64,000 nucleotides of DNA from IMGVR_UViG_3300020202_000001:1-64000; one strand, 5' to 3'; shown: positions 27,666 through 38,246, numbered from the stretch's first letter. Translations and numbers: made by a program. The notes: generated by a model from the letters alone, not told the origin.

Positions 27666-28682
27666 ATGGCAGCGAACGAAAGCTCGAACAAGGCCTACTA
27701 CGGCAGCGGCCAGAAGTCCGTCATCAACAACAAGAACCCCCTGTACCGCACGGGCAACGTCAACGACCCGCTCCAGGCCAACGCCTCCCCCGTCCACGTC
27801 GCCGGCGACACCTCGACCGACCAGTATTACAAGAACGGCGGCTCGAAGATGCAGCGGCGGGCGGCCGAGCCCGCGAAGTTCATCCCGGTCGACCCCCGCG
27901 CCGACTCCAAGGCCCGCCCGGCCGCCGGTGCCGCGTACACGACGCCGCTGGAGGGCGACCTCCGCCGGCCGCTGCTGGTGAAGGAGGGCCACCCCGCCGC
28001 GATCCGCGCCGCCGTCGCCCGCATCGTCGAGCTGCTGCTCGGCGGCACGAGCCCGGTAATCGTCCACGTCGCCGACGTCGGCTTCGAGCCGGACATCCGC
28101 ACGGGCCTCGACATCCGCGTCGCCCGCGAGGAGATCTCCCGCGACCAGTACCGCGACGTCCAGTTCTCCCTGGCCCCGAAGACCGGCACCGAGCTGGCCG
28201 ACCAGACGTTCGGCGCGATCGACCCGGCGAGCCTGCCCGAGGTCAAGGTCGGCGAGGACCCCGAGGACGCGATCCCCGACGACATCGAGGCGTTCGTCAA
28301 GGGCAACACCGACGCGGACGACGTCGCCCCGGCCGCCCCCGAGGCGAGCCGCGTCCAGACGATCTCCGCCCCGGCCGCCCCGGCCGAGGACAACGACGAC
28401 ACGGACGACGACGTGACCAACACGCAGGGCTCGGACGGCCCGCAGGGTCCGGCCGGCGTCGCCGACGAGGCCCCGGTCGGCAACGTCCCCCGTCCCGAGG
28501 CCGTCAAGGCGGCCCCCGAGGCGAGCAACGAGGAGCCGGCGATCTCCACGACCGCCCCGGCGGCCGCCGACACCGACGACGAGGCCGAGACGGCCGACGA
28601 GCCGGCGGCCACGGGCGACGCCGCCCCCGCCGCCGCCGCCGACGCACCGGCGACCGGCAAGAAGGGCCGCAACCGCCGCTGA
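27666..28682 (+). CDS. hypothetical protein with acidic Ala/Asp-rich C-terminus
   Basis: AAGGAG SD; high GC3. Confidence 0.6.
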   Translation: MAANESSNKAYYGSGQKSVINNKNPLYRTGNVNDPLQANASPVHVAGDTSTDQYYKNGGSKMQRRAAEPAKFIPVDPRADSKARPAAGAAYTTPLEGDLRRPLLVKEGHPAAIRAAVARIVELLLGGTSPVIVHVADVGFEPDIRTGLDIRVAREEISRDQYRDVQFSLAPKTGTELADQTFGAIDPASLPEVKVGEDPEDAIPDDIEAFVKGNTDADDVAPAAPEASRVQTISAPAAPAEDNDDTDDDVTNTQGSDGPQGPAGVADEAPVGNVPRPEAVKAAPEASNEEPAISTTAPAAADTDDEAETADEPAATGDAAPAAAADAPATGKKGRNRR

Positions 28683-28759
28683 TCCTGACAGTCCGCACGC
28701 GACGACGACGCACCCCGCGGACCGGCCTCGGCTGGCTACCACGGGGTGCGTCGTGTTAA

Positions 28760-28782
28760 GATCCAAAAACCGGTTTTGAGAA
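28760..28782. repeat. dispersed palindromic motif copy 6
   Basis: GATCCAAAAACCGGTTTTGAGAA. Confidence 0.9.
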
Positions 28783-28816
28783 GCCACGGACGGCGACACA
28801 CAAGGCACGGAGGCCT

Positions 28817-31573
28817 GTGCAAACGACGGTCGGCCAACTCCTCGTCAACGAGCACCTGCCCGAGGACCTGCGGAACCACGACCGCGTCCTCGACAAGAAG
28901 GGCATCAACGCGCTCCTCCGCGACGTCGCCCAGCGGCACCCCGAGAAGTACCGCGAGATCTCCCACGCCCTCTCGACGATCGGCTGGCGGGCCGCCCAGG
29001 AGACGGGCGGCTACAGCTTCGGCATGCAGCACCTCCGCCCGGCGAAGGCCGCCCTGGCCCTGCGGGCGAAGCTCCGCGAGCAGATGCGGCAGGTGCTCGA
29101 CGACGACAACCTCGACGACAAGACCCGCGAGGACCGCATCACCCGGCTGGCCGGCGCGCTCCAGAAGCAGCAGCAGGAGGATGTGTTCAACGAGAGCCTG
29201 GCCGAGAAGAACCCGCTCGCCTACCAAGTGCTCTCCGGCTCCCGCGGCAACAAGATGAACCTCGCGAGCCTGCGGGGCTCGGACATGCTGTACGCCGACC
29301 ACCGGGACAACGTGATCCCGGTGCCGGTCCTGTCGAGCTACAGCGAGGGGCTGAAGCCGTGGGAGTATTGGGCCGGGACGTACGGTGCCCGCAAGGGTGT
29401 CATGGACGTGAAGTTCGCGACGCAGGACGCCGGCTTCCTGTCCAAGCAGCTGAACCAGGTCACGCACCGGCTCGTGGTCGAGGCCCTCGACCGCGACGGC
29501 GACGGCGAGCCGGACGCCCCGCCCCGCGGGCTCCCGGTCGACACGGACGACATGGACAACGAGGGCTCGCTCCTCGCCCACGACGTCGGCCCGTACAAGC
29601 GGAACACGGTGCTGACCCCGAAGATCCTGTCGCACCTCCGGCAGATCGGGCAGAAGCGCATCCTCGTGCGGAGCCCGGCCGTGGGCGGCACCCCGAACGG
29701 CGGCGTGTACGCCCGCGACGTCGGCGTCCGCGAGCACGGCACGCTCCCCGGCCGGGGCGAGATGCCCGGCCTCGCCGCCGTGCAGGCGCTGTCCGAGCCG
29801 CTGACGCAGGCCCAGATCTCCTCCAAGCACACGGGCGGCGTCGCCGGCGAGGGCAAGGCGATCTCCGGCTTCGAGTACGTCAACCAGCTCGTGCAGGTGC
29901 CGAAGAAGATGAAGGGCGGGGCGGCCCACTCCGACGAGGACGGCGTCGTCGGGCGGATCATCCCCGCCCCGGCCGGCGGCAACTACGTCTACGTGAACGG
30001 CAAGGAGCACTACGTCCCCGAGGGCGTCGAGCTGAAGGTCAAGCCGGGCGACCAGGTCGAGGCGGGCGACGTGCTGACCGCCGGCCTGCCGAACCCGTCC
30101 AAGATCGTCGAGCACAAGGGCATCGGCGAGGGCCGGCGGTACTTCGTCAAGGCGTTCCGGGAGGCGATGGGCGGGGCGAACATGACCGCCAACCGCCGGA
30201 ACATCGAGCTGCTGTCGCGGGGGCTCATCAACCACGTCCGGCTGACGGACGAGGTGGGCGAGCACGCGCCGGACGACCTCGTGCCCTACCACCTGGTCGA
30301 GAGCCGGTACCAGCCCCGCGACGACGCCGCCGAGGTCGAGCCGACGCTGGCCGGCAACCAGTACCTCGAACAGCCCGTGCTGCACTACACGGTCGGCACC
30401 CGCGTCCGCCCGAGCGTGATGCGGGACCTGCAGGAGTTCGGCGTGAAGAAGGTCCGCGTCCACCGCGACCCGCCGCCGTTCAAGGCCGAGATGGTCCGCG
30501 GCATGACCAGCCTGGCGAACGACCCGGACTGGATGACACGGATGTACGGCTCGGGGCTCAAGGGCGGGCTGCTGAAGGCGGTCCACCGGGGCGGCACGAG
30601 CGACGAGGCGGGCACGAGCTTCGTCCCGAGCCTGGCCAAGGCCGTCGACTTCGGCCGCACGCCCGGCGGCATCGTCCGCAAGCCGTCGCCCGGGTGGGCA
30701 CCCGAGCCGCCCGCCGCGATCAAGGTCGGCAGCTCCCCCGGCGTCCCGGGCGGACCGGCCGCCGGCGACGCCCCCGGCGCGCCGGGCGGGATCGGCTCGC
30801 CCCCGGGCGGGCTCGCCCCGCCGAAGCTCGCGCCGGCACCCGCCGCTCCGAAGCCCGCAGCGCCGGCCCCGCCGCCGGCGGCGACGCCCGCCCCCGCGCC
30901 GGCACCGGTGAAGCAGTACATGCCCGACACGGCCGCCCCGGAGCCACAGGCCCCGCTGTGGTTCGGCGGGTACCAGCCGCAGCGCGGGTTCAACCAGCAG
31001 GCGGCGACCGCCCTGATGCCGTACGCCCAACACCTGGGGCCGCTCGCCCCGCTGGCGGTCATGGCCGGCGTCGACTTCAAGGCCCTCGGCACGCTGACCG
31101 GGCAGAAGGACTGGACGCACGGCACCGACTACACGCAGGGCCTTAGGACGCCGCAGACGCCCGCACCCGCCCTCCCGGCCCCTCCGACGCCCCCGGCGGC
31201 TCCTGCGACGCCCCAGGCCCCTCCGGCGGCCCCTGCGGTCCCGCCCCAGCAGCCGCCGGCACCCGTCCAGCCGCCGCCGGCCGCCCAACAACCGGGCTCA
31301 GCCGCTCCGAAGCCGCCTCTGCAGTTCAAGAGCGAGGCCGAGTTCTTCGCCCACCCGCCGGTGCAGACCGCGCTGCAGGGCTTCCGGGGCAAGCTGTTCA
31401 GCCAGGTGACGCCGCAGGGCTTCCACTGGGCAGGCGAGATCGCCGGCATGCCGCAGATGCAGCAGGCGGTGAAGTGGGAGCTGGAGCAGTACGTGCACCA
31501 CCAGGACCCGGCCCGCCTGCAGGCCGGGCTCGACGCCGTGTACCAAGTCGTGATGAAGGCGAGGCAGCCATAA
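28817..31573 (+). CDS. RNA polymerase beta' C-terminal half (funnel, bridge helix, trigger loop) with Pro-rich C-terminal extension
   Basis: TTVGQLLVN, SGSRG, SYSEGL..EY..GARKG, TQDAGFLSKQL, AVQALSEPLTQ..HTGG. Confidence 0.88.
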   Translation: MQTTVGQLLVNEHLPEDLRNHDRVLDKKGINALLRDVAQRHPEKYREISHALSTIGWRAAQETGGYSFGMQHLRPAKAALALRAKLREQMRQVLDDDNLDDKTREDRITRLAGALQKQQQEDVFNESLAEKNPLAYQVLSGSRGNKMNLASLRGSDMLYADHRDNVIPVPVLSSYSEGLKPWEYWAGTYGARKGVMDVKFATQDAGFLSKQLNQVTHRLVVEALDRDGDGEPDAPPRGLPVDTDDMDNEGSLLAHDVGPYKRNTVLTPKILSHLRQIGQKRILVRSPAVGGTPNGGVYARDVGVREHGTLPGRGEMPGLAAVQALSEPLTQAQISSKHTGGVAGEGKAISGFEYVNQLVQVPKKMKGGAAHSDEDGVVGRIIPAPAGGNYVYVNGKEHYVPEGVELKVKPGDQVEAGDVLTAGLPNPSKIVEHKGIGEGRRYFVKAFREAMGGANMTANRRNIELLSRGLINHVRLTDEVGEHAPDDLVPYHLVESRYQPRDDAAEVEPTLAGNQYLEQPVLHYTVGTRVRPSVMRDLQEFGVKKVRVHRDPPPFKAEMVRGMTSLANDPDWMTRMYGSGLKGGLLKAVHRGGTSDEAGTSFVPSLAKAVDFGRTPGGIVRKPSPGWAPEPPAAIKVGSSPGVPGGPAAGDAPGAPGGIGSPPGGLAPPKLAPAPAAPKPAAPAPPPAATPAPAPAPVKQYMPDTAAPEPQAPLWFGGYQPQRGFNQQAATALMPYAQHLGPLAPLAVMAGVDFKALGTLTGQKDWTHGTDYTQGLRTPQTPAPALPAPPTPPAAPATPQAPPAAPAVPPQQPPAPVQPPPAAQQPGSAAPKPPLQFKSEAEFFAHPPVQTALQGFRGKLFSQVTPQGFHWAGEIAGMPQMQQAVKWELEQYVHHQDPARLQAGLDAVYQVVMKARQP

Positions 31574-33777
31574 TGCGATCCACGTTCGCCCCTCTCCTCG
31601 AACCGTTGCTCAAGGCCGCCGAGGGCGTGCCCGGCAGCACCGGCGCGGCTACGGTCCCGGGCGGCGGCGGTGCCCCCAAGCCGATCGGCCTGAACTTCGG
31701 CGGCGGCGGTGCCGGCGGCGGCGGCACGAACCCGTACCTCAAGCCCGCGACCCAGCCCACGACCGTGCCGCCCGGCACGCTCGCCCCGGCCCCGAACCGG
31801 CCGGCGGCGGCGGCACCCGCCGCCCCCGCGCCCGCGCAGCCCGTGCAGCCCAACGCCAACGGCGGCGGCTTCCACCTGCCCGGACCCGGCGGCGGCCAGC
31901 CGCAACCGCAACAGCAGCAGCAGCCCGCGCCGGCACCGCCCCCGGCCGGCGGCAACCCGTTCCTGTCGAACCCGTACCTCCAGGGTCCGCCCAAGCTCGA
32001 CCCGAGCGCGTACGACCAGCAGACGCTGGCCAACGCCGGCACGAGCTGGGCCGGCGGCACCCCGCCGCCCGAGGTCGCGGCCCGTTGGGATTCGGTGCGG
32101 AACCCGCCGTGGCGGCCGAGCGTGCGGTCGCAGATGAGCCGCGACCGGTGGCCCAACGTCCCGTTCGTGGGGCTGCAGGACCCGACGAACACCGGGCAGG
32201 GCGTCCCCGGCGGCGCGATGGCGATGCAGAACAACCTGTTCGCCGGCACGCTCGCCAACGACTTCGCCCTCCGCCCGACCGCGTGGGGCGCGGGCCAGGG
32301 CGCGAGGCTGCTCACCGGCTCGACCCCGGCGTGGCTCGGCGGCACGAGCCGGTTCCTCGGCGGGGCCAGCCACCTCGGCAACGCGGCCGCCCCGCTGATG
32401 CTGAACTACGACGTGACCGAGGACGGCAGCGGGAACATGAACCAGGCGGTCATGTCGCCGGCCATGCTCCGCATGCTCGCGACCGGGAAGTACGCCCCCA
32501 CCGCTGCCCCCGGCGCGACGGCGCTCGGCCGGGCCGGTGCCGCCGGCGGTCGCGTCCTGCCGTACGCCTACTGGGCGGCCGAGCTGGGCAAGGAGGGGTA
32601 CGGCAGCTACGCCCGGGGCAAGGAGCTGGACCCGAACGCGAACTGGCTCGTGGCGACCGGGAAGGGCAACGCCGACCGGTACATGCAGCTGACGCGGGCG
32701 AACGACCGGGCCGCCCACGGCAGCTGGGCCGACGTCATGGCCCAGGCGGGCGAGAACATGGACCACCCGGTCCAGATGCTCGAACACGCCCCCGAGGTCG
32801 TCTACCGGGGCGGGCAGGCGATCAACGCCGGTGCCGGGGCCTGGTCGTCCGCCCGCGACGTGAACGCCGGCTCGGGCCGACTGGACACGGCGCTGGAGGC
32901 CGCCAACGCCGCGCGGCAGCAGTCCGGGGCGACGCCGTACGAGCGGCGGATCGGCAGCACCCAGGTCGACTTCACCGACCGGACCTCGAACGCCTGGCAG
33001 CTCGGGTTCCTGCCCGACGACAAGCGGGTCCGGCCGAAGCACCTGGGCACGGGCGAGGTGTACGAGGACGAGCGGCTCTTGCCCCAGCGGTGGCAGGTTG
33101 CCCGCCGGCTCGACGCGGCCCGGCCGTTCATCCACCCGAACCTCCCGGAGCCGTACGCCCACGCCCTGACCGCCGTGTTCGACCCGAACCACCCGGAGTA
33201 CAACGACGACGGGGCGATGATCCTCCGCGAGCGGCTGGCCGCCAGCCCGCCCAAGGACGCCGCCGGCGTGCAGCAGGCGGTCGACGCGGTGTTCGGCCCG
33301 AACAACGGCCCCGCCCAGCAGACCGCTGCCCTGCGGCAGTCGGCGGCCGAGGCCGCGCGGGCGCACCAGCGGGCCGTCGACGAAGCGCCGCGGACCGGCG
33401 GCGGGTCGCGGACAAGTTGTTTCAGCGGCCTGCCGCAGGGCATGGTCGACACCCGCCGGTGCCACGCGATGACGCGGAGCATCGGCCAACTGCAGCTGAG
33501 CGGGATGGACCCCTACCGGGAGGGGGCGCGGGAGGACTGGCTGCAGCGGAACGCGCCGGCCGTCCAGCAGGCCCGCGACGCTTCGCGGTACACGCACCAG
33601 GCGATCGACGAGGACGCCCCGGTCCCCCAGCCGACGTACCGGCACTACGGGCCGGACCTGGTGACCGGCCGGATGCAAGGCAGCGGCCGCGACCCGGCGA
33701 CGCTCTCCCCCGAGGATCTGGCGATCCTCCGGCGGTGGATCAACGGCCAGAGCGCCGCCCCGGACCAGCCGAAGTGA
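31573..33777 (+). CDS. large Gly/Ala/Pro-rich putative virion (ejection-type) protein
   Basis: TAATG coupling to the beta' C-half gene; N-terminal LKAA. Confidence 0.55.
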   Translation: MRSTFAPLLEPLLKAAEGVPGSTGAATVPGGGGAPKPIGLNFGGGGAGGGGTNPYLKPATQPTTVPPGTLAPAPNRPAAAAPAAPAPAQPVQPNANGGGFHLPGPGGGQPQPQQQQQPAPAPPPAGGNPFLSNPYLQGPPKLDPSAYDQQTLANAGTSWAGGTPPPEVAARWDSVRNPPWRPSVRSQMSRDRWPNVPFVGLQDPTNTGQGVPGGAMAMQNNLFAGTLANDFALRPTAWGAGQGARLLTGSTPAWLGGTSRFLGGASHLGNAAAPLMLNYDVTEDGSGNMNQAVMSPAMLRMLATGKYAPTAAPGATALGRAGAAGGRVLPYAYWAAELGKEGYGSYARGKELDPNANWLVATGKGNADRYMQLTRANDRAAHGSWADVMAQAGENMDHPVQMLEHAPEVVYRGGQAINAGAGAWSSARDVNAGSGRLDTALEAANAARQQSGATPYERRIGSTQVDFTDRTSNAWQLGFLPDDKRVRPKHLGTGEVYEDERLLPQRWQVARRLDAARPFIHPNLPEPYAHALTAVFDPNHPEYNDDGAMILRERLAASPPKDAAGVQQAVDAVFGPNNGPAQQTAALRQSAAEAARAHQRAVDEAPRTGGGSRTSCFSGLPQGMVDTRRCHAMTRSIGQLQLSGMDPYREGAREDWLQRNAPAVQQARDASRYTHQAIDEDAPVPQPTYRHYGPDLVTGRMQGSGRDPATLSPEDLAILRRWINGQSAAPDQPK

Positions 33778-33787
33778 CACCGCAGGT

Positions 33788-33817
33788 TTGTCCCCCGTAG
33801 GGGGCAACGGTTATAGT
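33788..33817 (+). promoter_or_regulatory. putative sigma70-type promoter
   Basis: TTGTCC-18 bp-TATAGT. Confidence 0.55.
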
Positions 33818-33860
33818 TGAGGCTCGGGCTACACGGACCGGTTTTCCACGGATGGAACAA

Positions 33861-36458
33861 ATGACGCACACGAAGCAAGCACCGACCGCGTCGCGTCGGG
33901 GTATCCGCAAGGCCGCCTCCGACCTGGGCGGGACGTACTGGGCGGCCCCCGGCTACACCCACCGCGAGCTGCGGGCGATGTGCCTGCGCTTCGACCGCAC
34001 GAAGCAGGCCGACATCGGCGGCGAGCAGGAGACCGGCTTCGAGCAGGCGTTCTCCTCGCTGGCCTACGCCTACATGAAGGACAAGGCCCCGCGGCTCCTC
34101 GACTACGTCGTCGGGTTCCAGCTCGTCGACCGCAACGAGGACAACACCAAGGCCGTCGCGGTGTTCGGCTTCAAGGTCGGCAAGCAGTGGCTGTACGCCC
34201 CGGTGTTCTTCCTGAACGGGGACCTCAAGGGCCACGAGCTGCTGTACATCAAGAACCAGGACGCCTTCGTCCCGATGAAGGAGAACTGGGTCAACTACAT
34301 CATGTCCCGCAAGCCGCACGTCCTGGGCGAGGGGAGCCCGAAGGACGTGTTCCAGCTCGGCGGGCTCACGCCGAACATCGAGCGGCTCGCGTGGCCGCCG
34401 GCCCACAGCAAGTACGGCAGCGACGGCGGGCTCGGGTTCGACTGCGACGAGTGGGCGCGCGGGTTCCTCCCGCCGCTGGCCGCCGCCGCGACGAAGTCCG
34501 CCCGGTTCATCTGGCGCGACCGCCAGCCCGGCGAGAAGGTCGACCTGACCAAGCTCGCGTCGGCCGGGCTCCTGCCCGCGTTCGTCGGCAACCAGGACCT
34601 GGAGACGCTGCTCGGCGAGAGCCTGCAGCTGACGAAGATCGCGTTCGACTGGTCCCGGCAATTCCCCGGCATCAAGCTCGCCCTCGACCGGTTCTACGGG
34701 CCGGACCTGTTCGAGCGCGTCGCCACCCGGATCAAGGAGGCCGCCGACCGGTCCGACCTGAACATCCTCCCGGCCGACCGCGTGAAGCGCGCGGCCGCCG
34801 CCGCGATGCCCGGCATCTCGATCATGCCCGAGGCCCCGCGCGTCAAGCAGGCGTCGGGCGACGAGAAGGTCAAGATCGTCACCCGCGACGACGTGGCGAA
34901 GGCCAACGTCCAGGAGCTGAACGAGGACGAGAAGGGCAAGGCCCTGCAGGACGGCTACCTGGTCCGCGACCACCGCGAGCCCGAGGAGGTCACGAAGGTC
35001 TACGCGACCCAGATGCGACAGGAGCTGACGAACCCGCACGAGAGCGGGATCTACGAGGTCCTGGAGCGGCCGGGCAACTTCGAGCAGATGATCGTCCTGA
35101 CCAACCCGTACACGAACGCGGGCAAGCAGGGCTTCTGCACCGTCATCCGCAAGGGCGACGGCGAGAAGAGCTGGATCAACGCCCACCGGTCCACGATCTT
35201 CGCCAAGAAGATCGAGATGGACGAGGACTACAAGAAGTGGTTCAAGGGGCTGGCCGATAAGCAGTCGCTGGAGAAGGGCGGCGTGTACGTCGCGCTGAAC
35301 CACAGCGGCCAGGGCACGACCCCGTTCACGGTCCGCGAGGCGTACGACGACGGCCGGTACAAGGTCGACTTCCGCGAATACTTCGACAAGCCCCGCGCCG
35401 GCAACCTGCCCCGCACCGCGCTCGACGGCCCCGGCGAGCCCGGCGGCGAGTACATCAGCGGGTACGGCGCGCTGCTGGTCGTGAACAAGCGGAAGGACTG
35501 CAAGCTGCGGGCGGTCAACGGGGAGCTGCACGTCCCCGAGGCCGACTTCAAGTTCCTCCGGCTCAAGAGCCCGCCGAAGCCCAAGAAGGACGAGGACTCG
35601 ATCCTGTCGTGCTGCCCGTCCGTCTCGTGCGACGAGAGCGGCAGCGAGCCGAAGCCGATCACGCCGGGCGACCTGAAGGACCTCCAGCTGCTCTTCACCG
35701 AGAAGACCGCGCGGGTCAAGCTGCTCGGCGACGCCCACGAGGTGTCGATCACGACGGAGAAGACCGGCAGCGCCCGGCTCCCGTACGGCCAGGCCCTCTT
35801 CCACCTGATCCGCGTCCACGGGTGCAGCGAGGCCGGGGCGACCGAGATGCTCAAGGCCGCCCAGGCCAAGGGCCGCGTCCGCGCCCCGGTCGTCTACCGC
35901 CTGAAGTACGCCAACGGCTACCCGGGCATGGAGGGGCCGAACGCCCCGGCGATCCCGCAGCCCATGTACGGCAGCGAGGCGATCGGCTACAACAACGTCA
36001 ACGCGATCTACCCGCAGGAGGAGGAGATCCCGGTGCCGGGGATGTCCTCGCACCGGACGGACCCGCGGATCTACGACCCGTTCCTTCGGATCACCCCCGA
36101 CCAGCAGGCGATGGGCATGGCCCAGCAGGCCGGTCAGGAGGGCCAGAAGGAGGTCTTCGACACCGCGATGATCTCCGGGATGCTCAAGGCCGTCCGGCAG
36201 GACACGCTGGTCGACCGCTACCTCGGCGACCTGATGAAGGCCGTCGACAAGCTCGGCCGCCTCCTGTTCATGTTCTACTGGCACCAGGAGGAGTTCAGCG
36301 AGCGGTACGGCAAGAGCGACCTCCCCGAGCTGGAGGACTCGCTCCGCAACGCGTTCGAGACGCTGGGCGACGTCGTGCTGTTCCTGAAGGAGAAGACGAT
36401 CGAGCCGGGGCTGGACGACATCCAGGACCCGACGATCGAGGACGCGGCCCGTAACTGA
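33861..36458 (+). CDS. large putative head/virion protein
   Basis: 865 aa, >10 KxA motifs, upstream of head genes. Confidence 0.6.
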   Translation: MTHTKQAPTASRRGIRKAASDLGGTYWAAPGYTHRELRAMCLRFDRTKQADIGGEQETGFEQAFSSLAYAYMKDKAPRLLDYVVGFQLVDRNEDNTKAVAVFGFKVGKQWLYAPVFFLNGDLKGHELLYIKNQDAFVPMKENWVNYIMSRKPHVLGEGSPKDVFQLGGLTPNIERLAWPPAHSKYGSDGGLGFDCDEWARGFLPPLAAAATKSARFIWRDRQPGEKVDLTKLASAGLLPAFVGNQDLETLLGESLQLTKIAFDWSRQFPGIKLALDRFYGPDLFERVATRIKEAADRSDLNILPADRVKRAAAAAMPGISIMPEAPRVKQASGDEKVKIVTRDDVAKANVQELNEDEKGKALQDGYLVRDHREPEEVTKVYATQMRQELTNPHESGIYEVLERPGNFEQMIVLTNPYTNAGKQGFCTVIRKGDGEKSWINAHRSTIFAKKIEMDEDYKKWFKGLADKQSLEKGGVYVALNHSGQGTTPFTVREAYDDGRYKVDFREYFDKPRAGNLPRTALDGPGEPGGEYISGYGALLVVNKRKDCKLRAVNGELHVPEADFKFLRLKSPPKPKKDEDSILSCCPSVSCDESGSEPKPITPGDLKDLQLLFTEKTARVKLLGDAHEVSITTEKTGSARLPYGQALFHLIRVHGCSEAGATEMLKAAQAKGRVRAPVVYRLKYANGYPGMEGPNAPAIPQPMYGSEAIGYNNVNAIYPQEEEIPVPGMSSHRTDPRIYDPFLRITPDQQAMGMAQQAGQEGQKEVFDTAMISGMLKAVRQDTLVDRYLGDLMKAVDKLGRLLFMFYWHQEEFSERYGKSDLPELEDSLRNAFETLGDVVLFLKEKTIEPGLDDIQDPTIEDAARN

Positions 36459-36517
36459 TCCCCCGCAGCATCGCGTGGCAAGGACGCCGCGACCCCTGAC
36501 AGCAACGGAGTGCTCCG

Positions 36518-37141
36518 ATGACGCCCTACAGCAAAGAGTTCACGATCACCACGACCGGCGCGAACGAGGTCGTGGCCCTCGACTTCCCGGGGCGGTGCCG
36601 CATCCGGTCGATCCAGGCGCTGAACCTGGGCGGCGGGTCGCACACGATCGACTTCTACTCCCGGGCCTTCGCCGGGCCGGTCATCGCGATCGGCAAGGTC
36701 CGCAGCGGCTCGGGCGGCAAGGCCGAGGTCGTGCTGGAGGACTTCCTGCCCGTCCGCCCCAGCGACGCCGTCACGATCGCCGGCAGCCACGCCGACTACA
36801 ACGGCACCCGCCGCGTCACGAAGGTCGTCCAGTCGCCGACCGCCGGGGTGTACGCCCAGGTGCCGGCCCTGGTCCTGACGCTCGACGTCGCCTACTCGGT
36901 CGACGCCGAGGGCGGCACCGCCCAGACGGTCGTCCCCGCCGCCGAGGAGCCGCTGTTCAAGGTCGCCGGGCTGACCGGTGCCGGCATCCAGACGACGGCC
37001 GCCGAGTTCGAGTACAAGAACCAGGACCCCGAGCCCAAGCGGAACATCGGGACCCCCCGCAAGATCTACGCCCGCGTGCTCGCCGCCGGCACCTACCGGA
37101 TCGTCATCCGGTCGGCCGAGGGCATCGGCATGGGCGGCTGA
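36518..37141 (+). CDS. beta-rich hypothetical (possibly structural) protein
   Basis: High GC3; two CsrA-type hairpins upstream. Confidence 0.6.
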   Translation: MTPYSKEFTITTTGANEVVALDFPGRCRIRSIQALNLGGGSHTIDFYSRAFAGPVIAIGKVRSGSGGKAEVVLEDFLPVRPSDAVTIAGSHADYNGTRRVTKVVQSPTAGVYAQVPALVLTLDVAYSVDAEGGTAQTVVPAAEEPLFKVAGLTGAGIQTTAAEFEYKNQDPEPKRNIGTPRKIYARVLAAGTYRIVIRSAEGIGMGG

Positions 37142-37162
37142 TCCCAAAACCGGTTTTTGAAA
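37141..37162. repeat. dispersed palindromic motif copy 7
   Basis: ATCCCAAAACCGGTTTTTGAAA. Confidence 0.9.
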
Positions 37163-37190
37163 CTGCTCCTCCTGGTCACGGACGACCGAC

Positions 37191-38246
37191 ATGGCTCAGC
37201 AGATCGACTTCGAGAAGTTCAACCCGTTCCGCCGCCCCGACTGGCGGATGGACCGTGTGCTGCAGATGGTCGACCGCATGCCCAACCCGGGCCGGTCGAC
37301 CAAGCGGGACGACGACTACGTCAAGGGCCTGCGGAACTTCATGCTCCGGTACCGGGCGTACGACGACGCCGCCCGCAACCAGCTCGGGTACGAGAACCCG
37401 GGGTTGTTCTGGGCCTACCAGATCCACGACCGGCGGGAGGACGACGGCAAGCGCAAGGCGATCATGGTCGAGGCCCGCATCCTCGCCGGGCAGACGGACG
37501 AGCAGATCGCCGACGAGCTGGGGACCGTGCCGGGCGTCGTGCACTGGTACGAGAAGGTCTTCTTCAACGTCCGCGACCGGCTGAAGAACCACGACTGGGT
37601 CATCGACCACGTCCTGATGCCGGCGTGGGAGGCCGAGCACCTGGACGAGGAGGAGGACGAGGTCAACCCGGCCCACGTCGCGTTCAAGCAGGTGAGCCGG
37701 CCGTACTTCGACTGCACGACGAAGTTCTTCGCCTACTTCGGCGGCGTCTTCTGCCTGGACTACGTGCTCAGCGGGTTCCGCCGGGGCAACCAGGTGATGG
37801 AGCGGGAGGGCGTCGGCGAGTGGATGGACAACAACTACATCGACCGGCTGCGGCACCGCTCGAACATGGCGATGCACACGTTCGAGCCGAACCGCTACCA
37901 GATCATGCAGCTGTTCGAGCTGAACAACCAGATCATCCAGATCGAGCGGAACAAGGACGCGGCCCTGCAGGCGAAGGACAACTTCCACAAGGCCGTGCAG
38001 GCGATGCTCACGAGCATGGACTGGGCGGTCGGCGACGAGGGCAACAAGCTCGTCGAGGGCACGCTGGTCCAGAAGTACGACGAGTCCGCCGTCGAGCTGC
38101 GCGACGACGAGGTGCTCCTGCTGTCGGCGGGGCGGAAACCTGATAAGATCGAAGGGATCGAGACATTCAAGCTGCCGCCCCCGCGGCCGCGTGGCAACGC
38201 TGGTCAGGAGGACCAACAGCATGCGAACGCTCAGCAAGGAAGCTGA
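37191..38246 (+). CDS. hypothetical protein, possible HTH (TDEQIADELGTVPGVV)
   Basis: High-GC3 ORF. Confidence 0.6.
   Translation: MAQQIDFEKFNPFRRPDWRMDRVLQMVDRMPNPGRSTKRDDDYVKGLRNFMLRYRAYDDAARNQLGYENPGLFWAYQIHDRREDDGKRKAIMVEARILAGQTDEQIADELGTVPGVVHWYEKVFFNVRDRLKNHDWVIDHVLMPAWEAEHLDEEEDEVNPAHVAFKQVSRPYFDCTTKFFAYFGGVFCLDYVLSGFRRGNQVMEREGVGEWMDNNYIDRLRHRSNMAMHTFEPNRYQIMQLFELNNQIIQIERNKDAALQAKDNFHKAVQAMLTSMDWAVGDEGNKLVEGTLVQKYDESAVELRDDEVLLLSAGRKPDKIEGIETFKLPPPRPRGNAGQEDQQHANAQQGS

Noticed and set aside
14515-31573. Inteins or introns in RNR/RNAP genes
   Set aside because: No intein splice motifs or homing endonuclease seen; reading frames are continuous.
21647-31573. Cellular rpoB/rpoC locus
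   Set aside because: Non-cellular split, variant catalytic motif, no ribosomal-protein neighbours, surrounded by phage structural genes.
33837-33847. ACCGGTTTTCC as a 13th palindrome copy
   Set aside because: Only a half-site with no A-tract, although it falls in one of the larger spacing gaps; not counted.
33861-36458. Portal or terminase assignment
   Set aside because: No Walker/nuclease motifs or recognisable portal features; these genes probably lie outside the window.
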